Translations under genes and position numbers: made by a program | Assembly: GCA_964016885.1 (NCBI GenBank) | Contig: OZ024744.1 | Location: forward strand, 11,842,001-11,906,000 | Direction of reading: 5' to 3' | Source: Eledone cirrhosa | Lineage: Eukaryota | Length of the DNA: 64,000 nt | Shown here: positions 52,586-64,000 of the stretch, piece by piece | Layout of the letters: each line of letters starts with the position of its first letter | Numbering within the stretch: the stretch's first letter is position 1 | The notes under the pieces: model-generated | Seen by the model: the letters and a program-made list of their open reading frames with translations, nothing else | What the model was told of the DNA's origin: nothing | Database searches by the model: none

Positions 52586-54164
52586 ATATATATATATAGG
52601 AAAAAGTTTTGATGGCTATTTCTGGACTAGTCCAGGAATAGCCATCGAAACGGCTTGAGCTCTGCCGTCGGGGTTAAACTTTTTCCTATTACGCACTTTA
52701 CTACCCTAAGTATTGAGTACTTTGGTGCATTATGGTCCATCTGGTTCCTTACCACACCTCCTTCATTATATATATATATATATATATGCATATTTCAAAA
52801 ATATTATATTCTCTTGAGTATTTTTTATATATATCTTTTATATTATATTTATGTGGGGTTTGTATACATATATACTTATATAAGAAAAGTTGTAAATAGT
52901 TCTACGGATAAATTTGGACAGTTGAAAACCTGACTCCCCAAAGAACCATTATAGTTTTTTCAAATGTTTGGTATTTATTTTGATTTATAGATATTAGTAT
53001 AAATATAAATTTAATTAAGTATATACTGCATCAAAACAAATACTAGTCTCTCGTATTCCTTAAAATAATAAGAATGGAACAATATATAAACATTTATCAG
53101 GATAATAGACACAGACTCTAATGATATTTAATTAAGGAACCGTAAATCAACTGACCAGTAGATGACGATGTATTGACTTATTAATATAGATTTAACATTA
53201 TTATGTACTAAATCATAACAAACTCTAGTTTAAAATGTTGTGTTTTTAGTAATAAATATAAAACAATATATTAATATGTACGAAAATACTTGATAAACAC
53301 TGTAAAAATATTTGGATAAGGGACCTTAAATAAACTAACACTGGTAAAGAAACAATTTTTCGAAATGACCATGGATGAACAAATTTGAAATACATCATAA
53401 AATAACTTTCTCTTCAGAACCTGATTAGAAAAATAATAGTTAACTGTGCACATATGATTTGAAGGATATATATGTCTAAATAATTTTCACTGCATTAATT
53501 TTAATCCTGTTTTGCATTTACATGTGATCTTCGACTAACTAAAATCTTCTAAATATTTTCAAATCTTTCTATGATAAATAGCATAACACACTGCCATATA
53601 TCCTTTAAAAAAAAACTTTTTAACAATTCCTGCTGTTACCAATTAACAGATTTAACATATTTTAACATACTTGTGGAAAAACACTGATAATTCTTTATTT
53701 TTTGCATGTCTGAAAATATACCCAAACTTAAGCTTTCCACTTGTAAATTTATAATTTCATGTTTTTTTAATGCACCTTACTTTCAATCTTATATTATTCT
53801 TGATAACTTGTGTTATGATCTTAATCAATTTATTATTTGCTTTATTATATTTCCTGAAGAGATACAGTTTGGGCAGAGCGCCCATAATGGAGTAAATATC
53901 TTACTGATAACATCCGGGGGTTTTTTTCTTCACAAATGGATGGGATACTGTAGCTGCATTGAAACATCCGTAGTGATGTATACATAAGTGATAATAATTT
54001 TGAGTAATAAATGCTCTGCTACTGGAACTGCCATTAATTCATCCAGTTTTGGTTTACTCCCAAAGAACGAAGGGTTTAAAAAAGTGCTTCGAGCTTATCT
54101 CATCTTACCAATAAGAATAGTGAACTATATATATATATTTATATATATACACACATACATACAT

Positions 54165-54628
54165 TATGGCTGCAAACTCTGCCAAGAGTATTGCAATCGC
54201 TTGTCAGACTCAGATGTGTGATGCTCGGATATGGCTTTTTAAGCCTGCTAGAGACTTGCACTCCTCCACACACTATGGATCTCCCTGGCTTGAGGTCCTG
54301 CATCAGGCTGCCTGTAAACCTTCACAATACTGAGGAGATCATAGTTCACTGGTTCTCTTTGAACATGGCTGCGACTGTGGCTCCTGAGACCAGATTTGCT
54401 CAAGCAAATCTTTCCACACTCAGAGCACTTAAATTCAATGGAGACACCGATTGTTTCAAGAGATACACCAGGCCATTGCTTATGCACATCCCGTTTGATC
54501 TTCTCGTGCTCTATGCATCTGTCCTCAAAATTATGGACCCTGTCATTCAACATTCAACGCCAAGTTTCTCTTTCAAGAGCCTCTATCTCCCAGTCAGCCA
54601 TTATCAAACCAGTTTTTTCAATGAGTCC

Positions 54629-54632
<4 letters not shown>
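54165..54632 (-). mobile_element. 3' fragment of RTE family 2
   Basis: Highly similar to 12015-12490, same 3' terminus and (CATA)n tail. Confidence 0.92.
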
Positions 54633-54702
<70 letters not shown>

Positions 54703-55110
54703 AACTCACATGTGCACACACACCCATCAGTTTATGTTCAACTGCCCACAACTGTAGTCAGATATTTAATGGGAAGCAGTTACGCAGCTAGACTCCATCA
54801 TACATCAGTCTCACAAACATACACACTAACACACTAACAAACACACATACATGCACATAACATGTATACATTATGTATGTGCATAAATGTGCAACTAAGC
54901 ATATACAGCAGCACACAATATTTTTTATATTTCGGGTTAACAATTGAAAATTTCAATTAAAATTTATATATGTAATTATATATAATTAAATTTAGCTGAG
55001 TAACCTTATTGATCTTGGACATTGTTAGTGATGATCAATGGTCATCTGAGATGACTATTGATCAGTAATTGGTGATCAGTAGTTATTGGGGATCAGAAAG
55101 TTTTGGTTTG

Positions 55111-56370
55111 TCAAGAATCAGAACATTCCACAGACTTGTTAAGTATTTTTAGTGGGTCAGAAACTTGGGATAAATTCATTGTTGTTGTTGTTGTTGCTGT
55201 TGGTGGTGGTGGTGGAGGTTGTGATTCAGGTGGCATCTCTGCTGCTACTGATGTTGCTGGTAATTCTGTATCTGCTGTTGCTGTTGTTGCTGCTGCTGCT
55301 GATGTTGTTGTTGTGGCTGTCACTGCTGCAGTTGTTGTTGTTGTTGACGATGAAGAAGATGATGATGATGGTAATGATGACGATGATGATGACAAAGATG
55401 ACCACACAGCGGTTGCAGGAGAAGTTGATGATGATGATGATGATGATGATTCTGATGACAAGAATGGCTGCTGCTGCTGTTGTTGCAGTGTTGGTGGTGG
55501 TGGTGCTGTTGCTGGAAGGAGATGATCATGGAGAGGAGTTATAGTGGCAGTGGGAGAGGACGACAACAAACATAGCTCTTGTTGTTGTTGTTGAACAGCC
55601 ACTTTGTTTGGCTCCCCATGCTGTTGGTGGTGCAATGGAGTTGGTGTTGTTGGTGATGGCGCTGTGGCTGGAGACTGTGATAGTAGTGGAGGCGGCGGTG
55701 GTGGTGATACCACCACGGACATTGGTGTGTACATGGGTACGCACTGTTCCAGTTCCTCTAAGACATCATCTCCACCATAACCACCATCACTATCACCATC
55801 AGTAGAACTGACTGCATTACTATTCTGAATGGCATGCTGATAACTACTTCTATTGCCATTGCCACAGATGTCGCTAACATTTCCATTTCTGTCATCATCA
55901 CCATTGCCTTCACCATTACCATTATTACCCTCACTATTAGTGCCACCATTGATGCCTTCTTCATCATTAGCTGCCAGCATCTCATCTGTTACGTCAGGAG
56001 GTACAATGGAAATGGACAGCCTTGGTAATGGATTTGAGGAACTCAACTGAAGACCACCAGAACCACTAACTCCAACACCATCACCACTGCCACCACCATT
56101 ACCAGAGACAAGATGCAATGGCGGTTGCTGTGGCGGCAGATGTGCTTGTTCAACCTTTTGCCGTTCTTCTTCTTGTTGATCGAGGCAGTGCTGCAAGCCT
56201 GCACAGTAGTGCAGCAACTGCATCATCAATCGCTCGTTTTGCTCGTCGATCATTCTTATCTCTGCTTGATACACTTTCTTCATGGCAGCATCGTTTATAC
56301 TTTTCTCCTTTTTAGTCAACTGGACTTTGTACTCTGTTGCTTGGTCAATTTGTTCTTGGACAATGCTTAC
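55111..56370 (-). CDS. PDZD8: Terminal coding exon of a probable PDZ domain-containing protein 8 orthologue (C-terminal coiled coil plus low-complexity tail)
   Basis: Polypyrimidine tract and CAG acceptor (56373-56371), phase 0; VQEQIDQATEYKVQLTKKEK..D..K..ERLMMQLLHYCAGL matches my recollection of the PDZD8 coiled coil (LQNEIDQELE..EEK..LMIHYRAG); open to stop at 55111. Confidence 0.75.
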   Translation of the reverse strand, partial: VSIVQEQIDQATEYKVQLTKKEKSINDAAMKKVYQAEIRMIDEQNERLMMQLLHYCAGLQHCLDQQEEERQKVEQAHLPPQQPPLHLVSGNGGGSGDGVGVSGSGGLQLSSSNPLPRLSISIVPPDVTDEMLAANDEEGINGGTNSEGNNGNGEGNGDDDRNGNVSDICGNGNRSSYQHAIQNSNAVSSTDGDSDGGYGGDDVLEELEQCVPMYTPMSVVVSPPPPPPLLSQSPATAPSPTTPTPLHHQQHGEPNKVAVQQQQQELCLLSSSPTATITPLHDHLLPATAPPPPTLQQQQQQPFLSSESSSSSSSSTSPATAVWSSLSSSSSSLPSSSSSSSSTTTTTAAVTATTTTSAAAATTATADTELPATSVAAEMPPESQPPPPPPTATTTTTMNLSQVSDPLKILNKSVECSDS

Positions 56371-56459
56371 CTGAAAGTAAAAAAAATAATAAAATAAACA
56401 AATAAATATATATAATAACTGTAATAATGATAAATACAATAGCAATAATAATAATAATA

Positions 56460-57005
56460 ATATATTCTAATAGTGAGCAATTTGAGGGGGAGGGAAAAGT
56501 TGATTAAATTGAACCCATTACTTGACTGATATTTTATAGACCATGGAAGGATGAAAGGCAAAGTTGATCTCAGCAGGATTTGAACTCAGAATGTAAAGAT
56601 TTGTAACATATACGAAACATCATTTTATCTGATGCACTAATGACTGCCATTACATCACTCTCAATAATAATAATAATAATAATAATAATCTGATATTATA
56701 GTGAATGGCGGTGGATTGGCAGAATCAGTAGAGGGTCGGACGCCATGCTTTGACGCATAGAGTTACGCCCCTTGCCATTCTGAGTTCAAATCCCACCGAG
56801 GTTAACTTTGCCTTTCGTCCTTACGGGGTCGATAAAATAAAGTACCAGTAATGTAGTGGGTAATTGCTGGCCTTGTGCCAAAAAGTAGAAACAATTGTAG
56901 TGAAGGCTTGTAGCTTGGATTCACAATCGTGATATTATGAGTTCAATTTCCAAGCTAGGCAATGCATTGTGTCCTTGTGCAAGATGCTTTATTTCACATT
57001 GCTCT
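56460..57005. mobile_element. SINE cluster: second-family copies (minus 56460-56660, plus 56705-56895) and a CORE-type head (56900-57005)
   Basis: B-boxes GAGTTCAAATCC and GAGTTCAATTTC; CTTTGCCTTTCGTCCTT.CGGGGTCGATAAA..AGTACCAG; GTGTCCTTGTGCAAG. Confidence 0.75.
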
Positions 57006-57089
57006 TTTTGCCAGGAGTTGTGATTGGTAGATAGTATCAGCAATTGGAAAAATCAATGGAAACATTGTTTCCTTGGTCCATTCTGACGA

Positions 57090-57320
57090 ATTCCATTTCA
57101 CACAGTAAGCGACTGAGATCTGGGATCTTGATGATTAATTTAAAAAAAAAAGTTATGGACAAAACTAAGCGTGATTGCCTGATTGTTGATGCTACCAACC
57201 CAGGAGACCACTCTGATTTGGAGATCAACATTTCACTGATATGGTCACTAGCGCCCAACAACATCAAGATAATTCCTACTGTCATTGGAGCTTTGGACTT
57301 TGGGTCAATAAGATTGCCAT
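57090..57320 (+). mobile_element. RLE-domain relic of an R4/HERO-like retroelement
   Basis: DKTKRDCLIVDATNPGD..DLEI..IIPTVIGAL. Confidence 0.5.
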
Positions 57321-57874
57321 GTTTGGCCCTGCCTACATACTCAGGTAAGTCCTGTCTGTCCTGTTATTGAGACCTAACAGACAGTTAAAGATCTGCTGAA
57401 TTTGGTGTAATTGGCTTATCTCTCCCACAATAATTACTGGTTCTTACTTCTTACAATCAGTGCATTACTGGTACGTTATAATAATAACTATAATAACAGC
57501 AATAATAATAATGATTAAAAAATAACAATAAAAACACCTACAATAATCAATAGTGATGATGATGATAATGATTGTAATGATGACAACAACAACAACAACA
57601 ACAATACTAACAACAATAATATAAATAATAAAATCTTTACCAGAGAATGTTATAAATATGCAGAAAACATAACAGGCAGAGTGAAAGTGAAAAAGAATGA
57701 TTCTGTGAAGGTTTTGGTGCAAAATATAGAGAAACATGAAAACCTTATTTCAAAACAAAATATATTTTCTATTAAAAGAAAATGTAAAAAAAAAAGAAAT
57801 AAATAAAAAAAAAAAATAAAAGTATAAAATAGAATAAATTAAAACATCAAATCTTTAATAGATTTAACTATGTA

Positions 57875-58250
57875 CTCTCAGGTCTCAAATAATAGGGGTG
57901 GGTTGATGGAATAAGTGGAGGTTGGAAAATCGGTAATTATTCTAGGTTGTCCCCATTGATTTTTTTAAAAAAAACAGAATTAGTCGTTTAGTTTACATAT
58001 TGAGACCCCAACCTATCCTATTTATTTTATAAACTATGGGATTTCATGTAATGTACTTTTTTGTCATGTATAATGTTTTTTAATGTATGAAGAAAATCAA
58101 CTGTCATAGAAATGTTACTACTTAAAATAAAATTTCACCAGAGATAGGTTAGCAAAATTTAATAAGTGAGGGTGGGGAGCATAAGAGTGAGGGGGTTGGA
58201 AAAAAGCTTAGAAATTAATTAGTGGTGCACAATTATTTGAGACCCAATAG
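57875..58250. mobile_element. TA-flanked MITE
   Basis: Imperfect TIRs CT...GGTCTCAAATAAT / ATTATTTGAGACC...AG, with TA on both sides. Confidence 0.6.
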
Positions 58251-58913
58251 TATATCAACAGTTTACAAAACTGTGCAAGTGTGTGTGTATACATATATAT
58301 ATATAAATATTTGTTAAAATAACAGATTAAAGTTTAAGCAAAGAATTGCTGCTTTCACCCTTAATGGGATCTTCTGAAACTAAAAAGGTCAATCTGCGTT
58401 CACAGATTGACTTTTTTTAGTTTCAGAAGATCCCATTTAAGGGTGAAAGCAGCGATTCTTTGCTTAAAATTTAATCTGTTATTTTAATAAATATTTGCTC
58501 TACGGTTCTTATATATTTGATATATATTTATCCTTATCGATCGCTCTTTGGATTTTAGTCTTCAAATTTATTATTGTTACTATATTATATATATTGTAAA
58601 CCTTGGTGATTTTTTCATTGTTATATATATGCTCTGTGATTTGCATATCTACAATGACTGGAAAATTACAAATAGGATTGATCTATGAATTGTTGGCAAT
58701 CTGGATATTGACAAAATTACATTAGTTTTAAATATCTGAATACCTTATACAGTTGCATCATCAACTCATAATTTACCTTATATATATATATATATATATG
58801 CTAGCATGGAAGAACGGACGTAAAACGGTGATGATGATGATGATATATATGTATATTTAATATAGAAATGGCTTCTACAGGACTAGAACTGTTTCATTCA
58901 GGAGAAATCATTA

Positions 58914-58964
58914 GGCTTCCTGATGACTTCTCCTGAATGAAACAGTTCTAGTCCTGTAGAAGCC
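58914..58964 (+). ncRNA. Type I hammerhead ribozyme (candidate) within a fold-back element (58856-59050)
   Basis: GGCTTC CTGATGA CTTCTCCTGAAT GAA ACAG TTCTAGTC CTGT A GAAGCC; predicted cut after 58958. Confidence 0.72.
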
Positions 58965-59081
58965 ATTTCTATATTAAATATTTATACTCTGCTTTGTATT
59001 GAGTACCTTACTTACTGTGGTTACCCTCGATTGAACCTGGGATAAACTTTATATATATATATATATATATATTTATAAATA

Positions 59082-59440
59082 CAGTTATCCCCCGGTATTG
59101 GCAGGGGTTGCATTCCTAGAACACCCACGAAGAGTGAAAAACCACGAATATTGGACGTGGTCCATAAAAATGCCTATAAGCGTCAAAATATAATGTAAAA
59201 TATAATAAAATAAAGAGGGAACGTCTTATACGAAGGGGCATCCAATAGGCCAGTAAATATGGGAAATTGTTAATAATTTAGTGTTAAAAAATATATATTG
59301 CCATGAAAAAAGTCATAAAACAAATCACGGAAGATATTTACAATTCCGCAAATATGTGGTGGTTTCCACGAACAATTATTAGTTAGGTTCTGAGGAAAAT
59401 TCTGTGAATAATGGGGACCACGAATGAGGGGGCTATACTG
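59082..59440. mobile_element. Tigger/pogo-like MITE
   Basis: TA|CAGTTATCCCCC.. and ..GGGGGCTATACTG|TA termini. Confidence 0.7.
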
Positions 59441-59720
59441 TATGTGTATACATATATATGTTTATATATATGCATGGTCTTCAATATATTTTGTCTAGGC
59501 AATATTAATTTATGTATTATTATTATTATATATATATCAGATTGGAGGCGGTAAAGATCAGTTAGACCATTACTCACCAGAGTACTCGATACTTGAGGTA
59601 GTAGAGTGGGTAATATGAAAATATTCAGGACCTCGACGGCTGAGCTCCGATCTAGCTGTTGAAACGGCAGGAGCTCAGCTGTTGCGGTCCTGAATTTGTT
59701 CATATATATATATATATATA

Positions 59721-61102
59721 TGGAGTTCAAGACCGGCTGCCCATGGGAACTCCTATACGCAGACGATCTAACGCTCATAGTTGAATCAATGGCCGAGCTA
59801 GAGAAGAAATTCCAAACATGGAAGCACGGCCTAGAATCAAAAGGCCTTAAAATTAACCTGGCTAAGACTAAAGTTCTAGTTTGTAAGAAAGAAAATAAGG
59901 CGGCGGTCCCCTCCGGGAAGTGGCCATGCGCAGAGTGTAGGAAAGGCGTAGGTAGAAATTCCATTTTGTGTCCCAAATGCAAAGTTTGGGTGCATAAAAG
60001 ATGTAGTGGGATTACAGGTAAGCTAACTAAGAACATAGATTTTACATGTGGCCGGTGTTCTGGGGCAATAAGTAGCAGCAAGTGCCCACAAAATACTAGC
60101 TCTTTCAACTGCGCAGAGGGTTCTATAGAAATAGTGGACAGCTTCCGTTACCTGGGTGACAAAATTAGCAGTGGGGGAGGGTGCTCTGAAAGTACAGTAG
60201 CTAGAGTCAGAACTGGGTGGAAAAAGTTCAGAGAGCTTATACCACTATTAGCCGCTAAAGGGTTCTCCCTAAAAATGAAAGGCAGGCTGTACGATGCCTG
60301 CATACGAACAGCAATGTTGCATGGCAGTGAGACCTGGGCATTGTGTGCAGAGGATATACGCAGACTAGAGAGAAACGAAGCTTGCACGCTCCGCTGGATG
60401 TGTAATAGTAATATACGTGAATGACAAAGCATAAACGAACTAAGGAAAAAATTAGAAATAAGAGGGATCAGATGTTGTTTACTAGAGAGAAGGCTACGTT
60501 GGTATGGTCACGTGATGCGCATGAAGGATGATAGCTGTATAACAAAGTGCAGGGCAATAAAGAGAGACGGTAGCCACGGAGTAGGCAGACCCAGAAAAAC
60601 CTGGGACGAGCTGATAAACTCCGACCTCACACACTTACACCTCACCAAGACAATGTCACTGGACCGAGACCTTTGGTGGTACTCAGTAATAGAGAAGACC
60701 CGCCTTACCTAAATACAAAGTAAAACCTACTACAGTCAGTAGGCATCTCTAACAAAATACACCCCCGTCCCACCACCCCCACCCCATCCACACCACCCCC
60801 TTCTATGTAAAGTTATGTTGGTGCCACACCATCCAGGCCGAAACAAATGAGATTGTGTAGGTGTCATGACAAAAAAACACACAGTCCACGCTGTAATGTG
60901 GCCGTGTAGGTAACACGGTAAAAACCTCCCAGACCCACACTGTAAATTGGTTGGTGTTAGGAAGGGCATCCAACTGTAGAAAACCTGCCAGACAGTCCTA
61001 TGCGAGCAAGACAATCACTCTTGCCTCAAGTGGGAAAACCCCCGTCCAAACCCATGCAAGCGTGGAACACGGACGTTAAACGTTGATGATGATGATGATG
61101 AT
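59721..61102 (+). mobile_element. 5'-truncated LINE family B
   Basis: ORF 59696-60424, 3' UTR, (GAT)n tail. Confidence 0.92.
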
Positions 61103-61294
61103 ATATATATAGATATATATATAAGTATGTATACGTACATACATATATGTATACAGTAGTATGTATATATATATATATATATATATACATACATGCACAC
61201 ATATATATATGTACGTATGAATTTCATTTTTTCCGTTTCTTTATATATATTCGAAGGGAAGTCAAAAATTATACACACTCTTGTTTCTGTAAGT

Positions 61295-63220
61295 TCATCA
61301 TCATCATCATCGCCGTTTTACGTCCGTTCTTCCACGCTAGCATGGGTTAGACGTGTTGTCCTATTGTGGGCAGTGTCTGGTCGGCTGACCATGCCTTGCT
61401 CATACAGGAACTGATTTGGCTTGATTTCTACAGCTGGATGCCCTTCCTAACACCAACCTCATTTACAGTGAGTGCTGGGTGCTTTTTCGTGGCGCCTACA
61501 CGTCCACTTTACAGTATGGGCTGGGTGCTTTTTTGCCGTGGCACCTCCACGACCACCTTGCGGTGGGGGTGTGTGGGGGCATATTGTCTATATGCTTCAG
61601 CTTGTACCCATGGGAGGTCAGGTACTCTGTATTACTGTGTGAGGCCAGAAGTCACGGTCATGTGTCATTGTCTTTGAGAGGTGTAATTGGGTAAGGTCGG
61701 CTTTTATCACCTCATCCCAGGTCATCTTGGGTCTCCCCACTTCGCGGTTTCCATCAACTTCTAGTGCTCTGCACCTTTTTATGCAGCTGTCATCCTTCAT
61801 ACACATCACATGTCCATACCAACGCAACCGCCTCTCCTGCACACATCATTTGGTTCCTCTCATGCTCAGGCTCTCTCTCAATTCATTTATGCTTTGTCGT
61901 TTGCGTATATTACTATTACACATCCATCGGAGCATGCAGGCTTCGTTTCTTTCTAATCTACGTAAGTCTTCCACCTTCAGCACCCAGGTCTCACTACCAT
62001 GTAACATTGCTGTTCTGATACACACATCATACAGTCTGCCTTTCATTCTGAGGGAGAAGCCTTTTGCAGCTAGCAGTAGCAGTAGCTCTCTGAACTTCTT
62101 CCATCCCGTTCTTACCCTAGTTATTGTACTTTCTGAACACCCACCTCCACTGCTAATTCGGTCACCTAGGTAGCAGAAGCTGTCTACTGTTTCTACAGAG
62201 CCCTCCCAGAGATTAGTGGTACTTGTTTCCTGTGGCTGTTTGCTGCTTGCTGTCCCAGCACAGCTGCTACATGTGAAGCTTACATTCTTAGTTAAACTTC
62301 CTCAGATCCCACTACATCTCTTGTGTACCCATTGTTTGTAATTGGGGCAGAGAATGGAGTTCCTACCTACACCTTTCCTACATACTGAGCAAGGCCATTT
62401 CCCTGACGGGATCTGGGTTCTATTTTCTCGTATAATTACAAGGACCTTAGTCTTTGTCAGGTTGACTTTGAGACCCTTTCTTTCTAGTCCCTGCTTCCAA
62501 GTTTGGAATTTATTCTCTAGTTCTACCATAGATTCAGCTATGAGTGCGAGGTCATCAGCATACAGGAGTTCCCATGGGCATCCGGTCTTAAACTCCTCTG
62601 TTATTGCCTGCAGGACTATGATGAACAGGAGAGGGCTAAGAATAGAGCCCTGGTGGACACCAACCTGTATGCTAAATTCCTCGCTATACTCATTGCTAAT
62701 CCTAACTTTGCTGACTGCTCCCCTATACATGGCTTGTACAGCTTTCACAAGCCATTCATCTACTCCTAGTTTTTTAAGAGCCCACCAGATTACAGCACGT
62801 GGAACTCTGTCAAAGGCTTTCTCAAGGTCGACAAATGCCAAGTAGAGTGGCTTACTTTTAGCTAGGTACTTTTCCTGTAATTGCCTCACAAGGAAGAGGG
62901 CATCTGTGGTGCCTCTTCCTGGTACAAACCCAAATTGCATCTCATCTAGTTTCACCCAGTCCCTAATCAACTGTGCTATAACTCTTTCTGTTACTTTCAT
63001 GACCTGGTCCATCAGCTTTATACCTCTATAGTTTCCTCTATCTAGTGCATCACCTTTACCTTTGTAGCAGTTGTCAATGATGCTACTGCACCAATCCTTT
63101 GGTATGACACCTTCTAGTATTACCTGATTAACAATACGTGTGGTTATAGTGTGACCTACAGACCCAGATGCATTCAGCATCTCGGCAGCTATACCCGATG
63201 GACCGGTTGCTTTTCCCATC
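61295..63220 (-). mobile_element. 5'-truncated LINE family A
   Basis: ORF 62302-63222 and downstream fragments; 3' UTR as at 31575-31878. Confidence 0.93.
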
Positions 63221-63224
63221 AAAA

Positions 63225-63348
63225 CAGAAACTGAACAATTACATCATTTTTCAACATGGTTTACTTGCTTTCCAATGCAATTCTTCCAATGGTCCACAAG
63301 CTTGATTTTTCTACCAGAGATGATAATTTTCAGCTGGTTGTACAGCCA
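63225..63348 (-). mobile_element. Mariner transposase C-terminal relic
   Basis: KLVDHWKNCIGKQVNHVEK* resembles the mariner terminal W..C....G.YVEK motif. Confidence 0.5.
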
Positions 63349-63614
63349 TATATATATATGTGTATGTAAAAGGTAAACAGAAATAACAACACAATCGGAA
63401 CAATATATGGAAGGTATATATTAGGTTAACGCTTGATATAGCAGGAAGAGTGTCTTAACGTTTCGGACGCTAGCCCTTCAATATATATATATATATATAT
63501 ATGAAGATCCCATAATTCCTTGTAGAGTCATAGAGGCACCACCATACAGTGTGTCTAGGGCACTTTTAAACCTGGCGGAGCCCACCCTCTCCAGGTCTGA
63601 TCACAGCCTATTTT

Positions 63615-63752
63615 TTCTATAGAGGAATAATTGACCCCAGTACTGGACTTTTTTTATTACCCTCGAAAGGATGAAAGGCAAAGTTGACCTCGGCGGGACT
63701 TGAACTCAGAGAGCGCAATGAGGTGGGACGAATACCGTAAAGCATTCTATCC
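63615..63752 (-). mobile_element. Second-family SINE fragment
   Basis: GAAAGGATGAAAGGCAAAGTTGACCTCGGCGGGACTTGAACTCAG. Confidence 0.75.
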
Positions 63753-64000
63753 AATATATATATATATGTACATACACACACACATATATATTTACTCACA
63801 CACACATTTACTCTCACACACACACACACCCACATTTACTCACACTCACATATATATATATATATACCCACATATACACATACACACACACAAACGTATA
63901 TGATTAGACACTTTTTTATATTCAGTCTTAATCTGTTATTTGTCATCTAAGTGCTATTTCTCTTAAATGGCTTCTATCATTGTTTTTCCACAATACAATA

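Noticed and set aside
56371-56445. N-terminal part of the 444-aa ORF
   Set aside because: Intronic (TAT)n and polypyrimidine tract upstream of the CAG acceptor.

Overview
A eukaryotic, extremely repeat-rich window. The SINE, LINE and microsatellite repertoire suggests an octopus-like cephalopod (inference). Bases 1-7.4 kb are a 23-bp satellite with a ~3.5-kb higher-order duplication; its ORFs are spurious. The rest is a dense transposon landscape: R4/Dong-like RLE retroelements, a near-intact full-length RTE LINE (APE-RT-3xC2H2, one homopolymer frameshift), three related RTE families with a PHD-like finger inside the RT region, a CR1-type 3' end, tRNA-derived SINEs, a Chapaev3-type DNA transposon with TIRs and TSD, mariner/Tc1 relics and MITEs. 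The only recognisable host sequence is the terminal coding exon of a probable PDZD8 orthologue (minus strand, 55.1-56.4 kb). The most notable unannotated signal is a set of at least ten short elements next to (TA)n tracts that carry complete or partial type-I hammerhead ribozyme folds. Many are fold-back inverted repeats, several share a GTATTGAGTAC motif, and one lies just downstream of a Penelope (Neptune-type) GIY-YIG relic. A chimeric SINE built from two different LINE 3' ends is also visible. All structures were folded by eye, and many boundaries are approximate.
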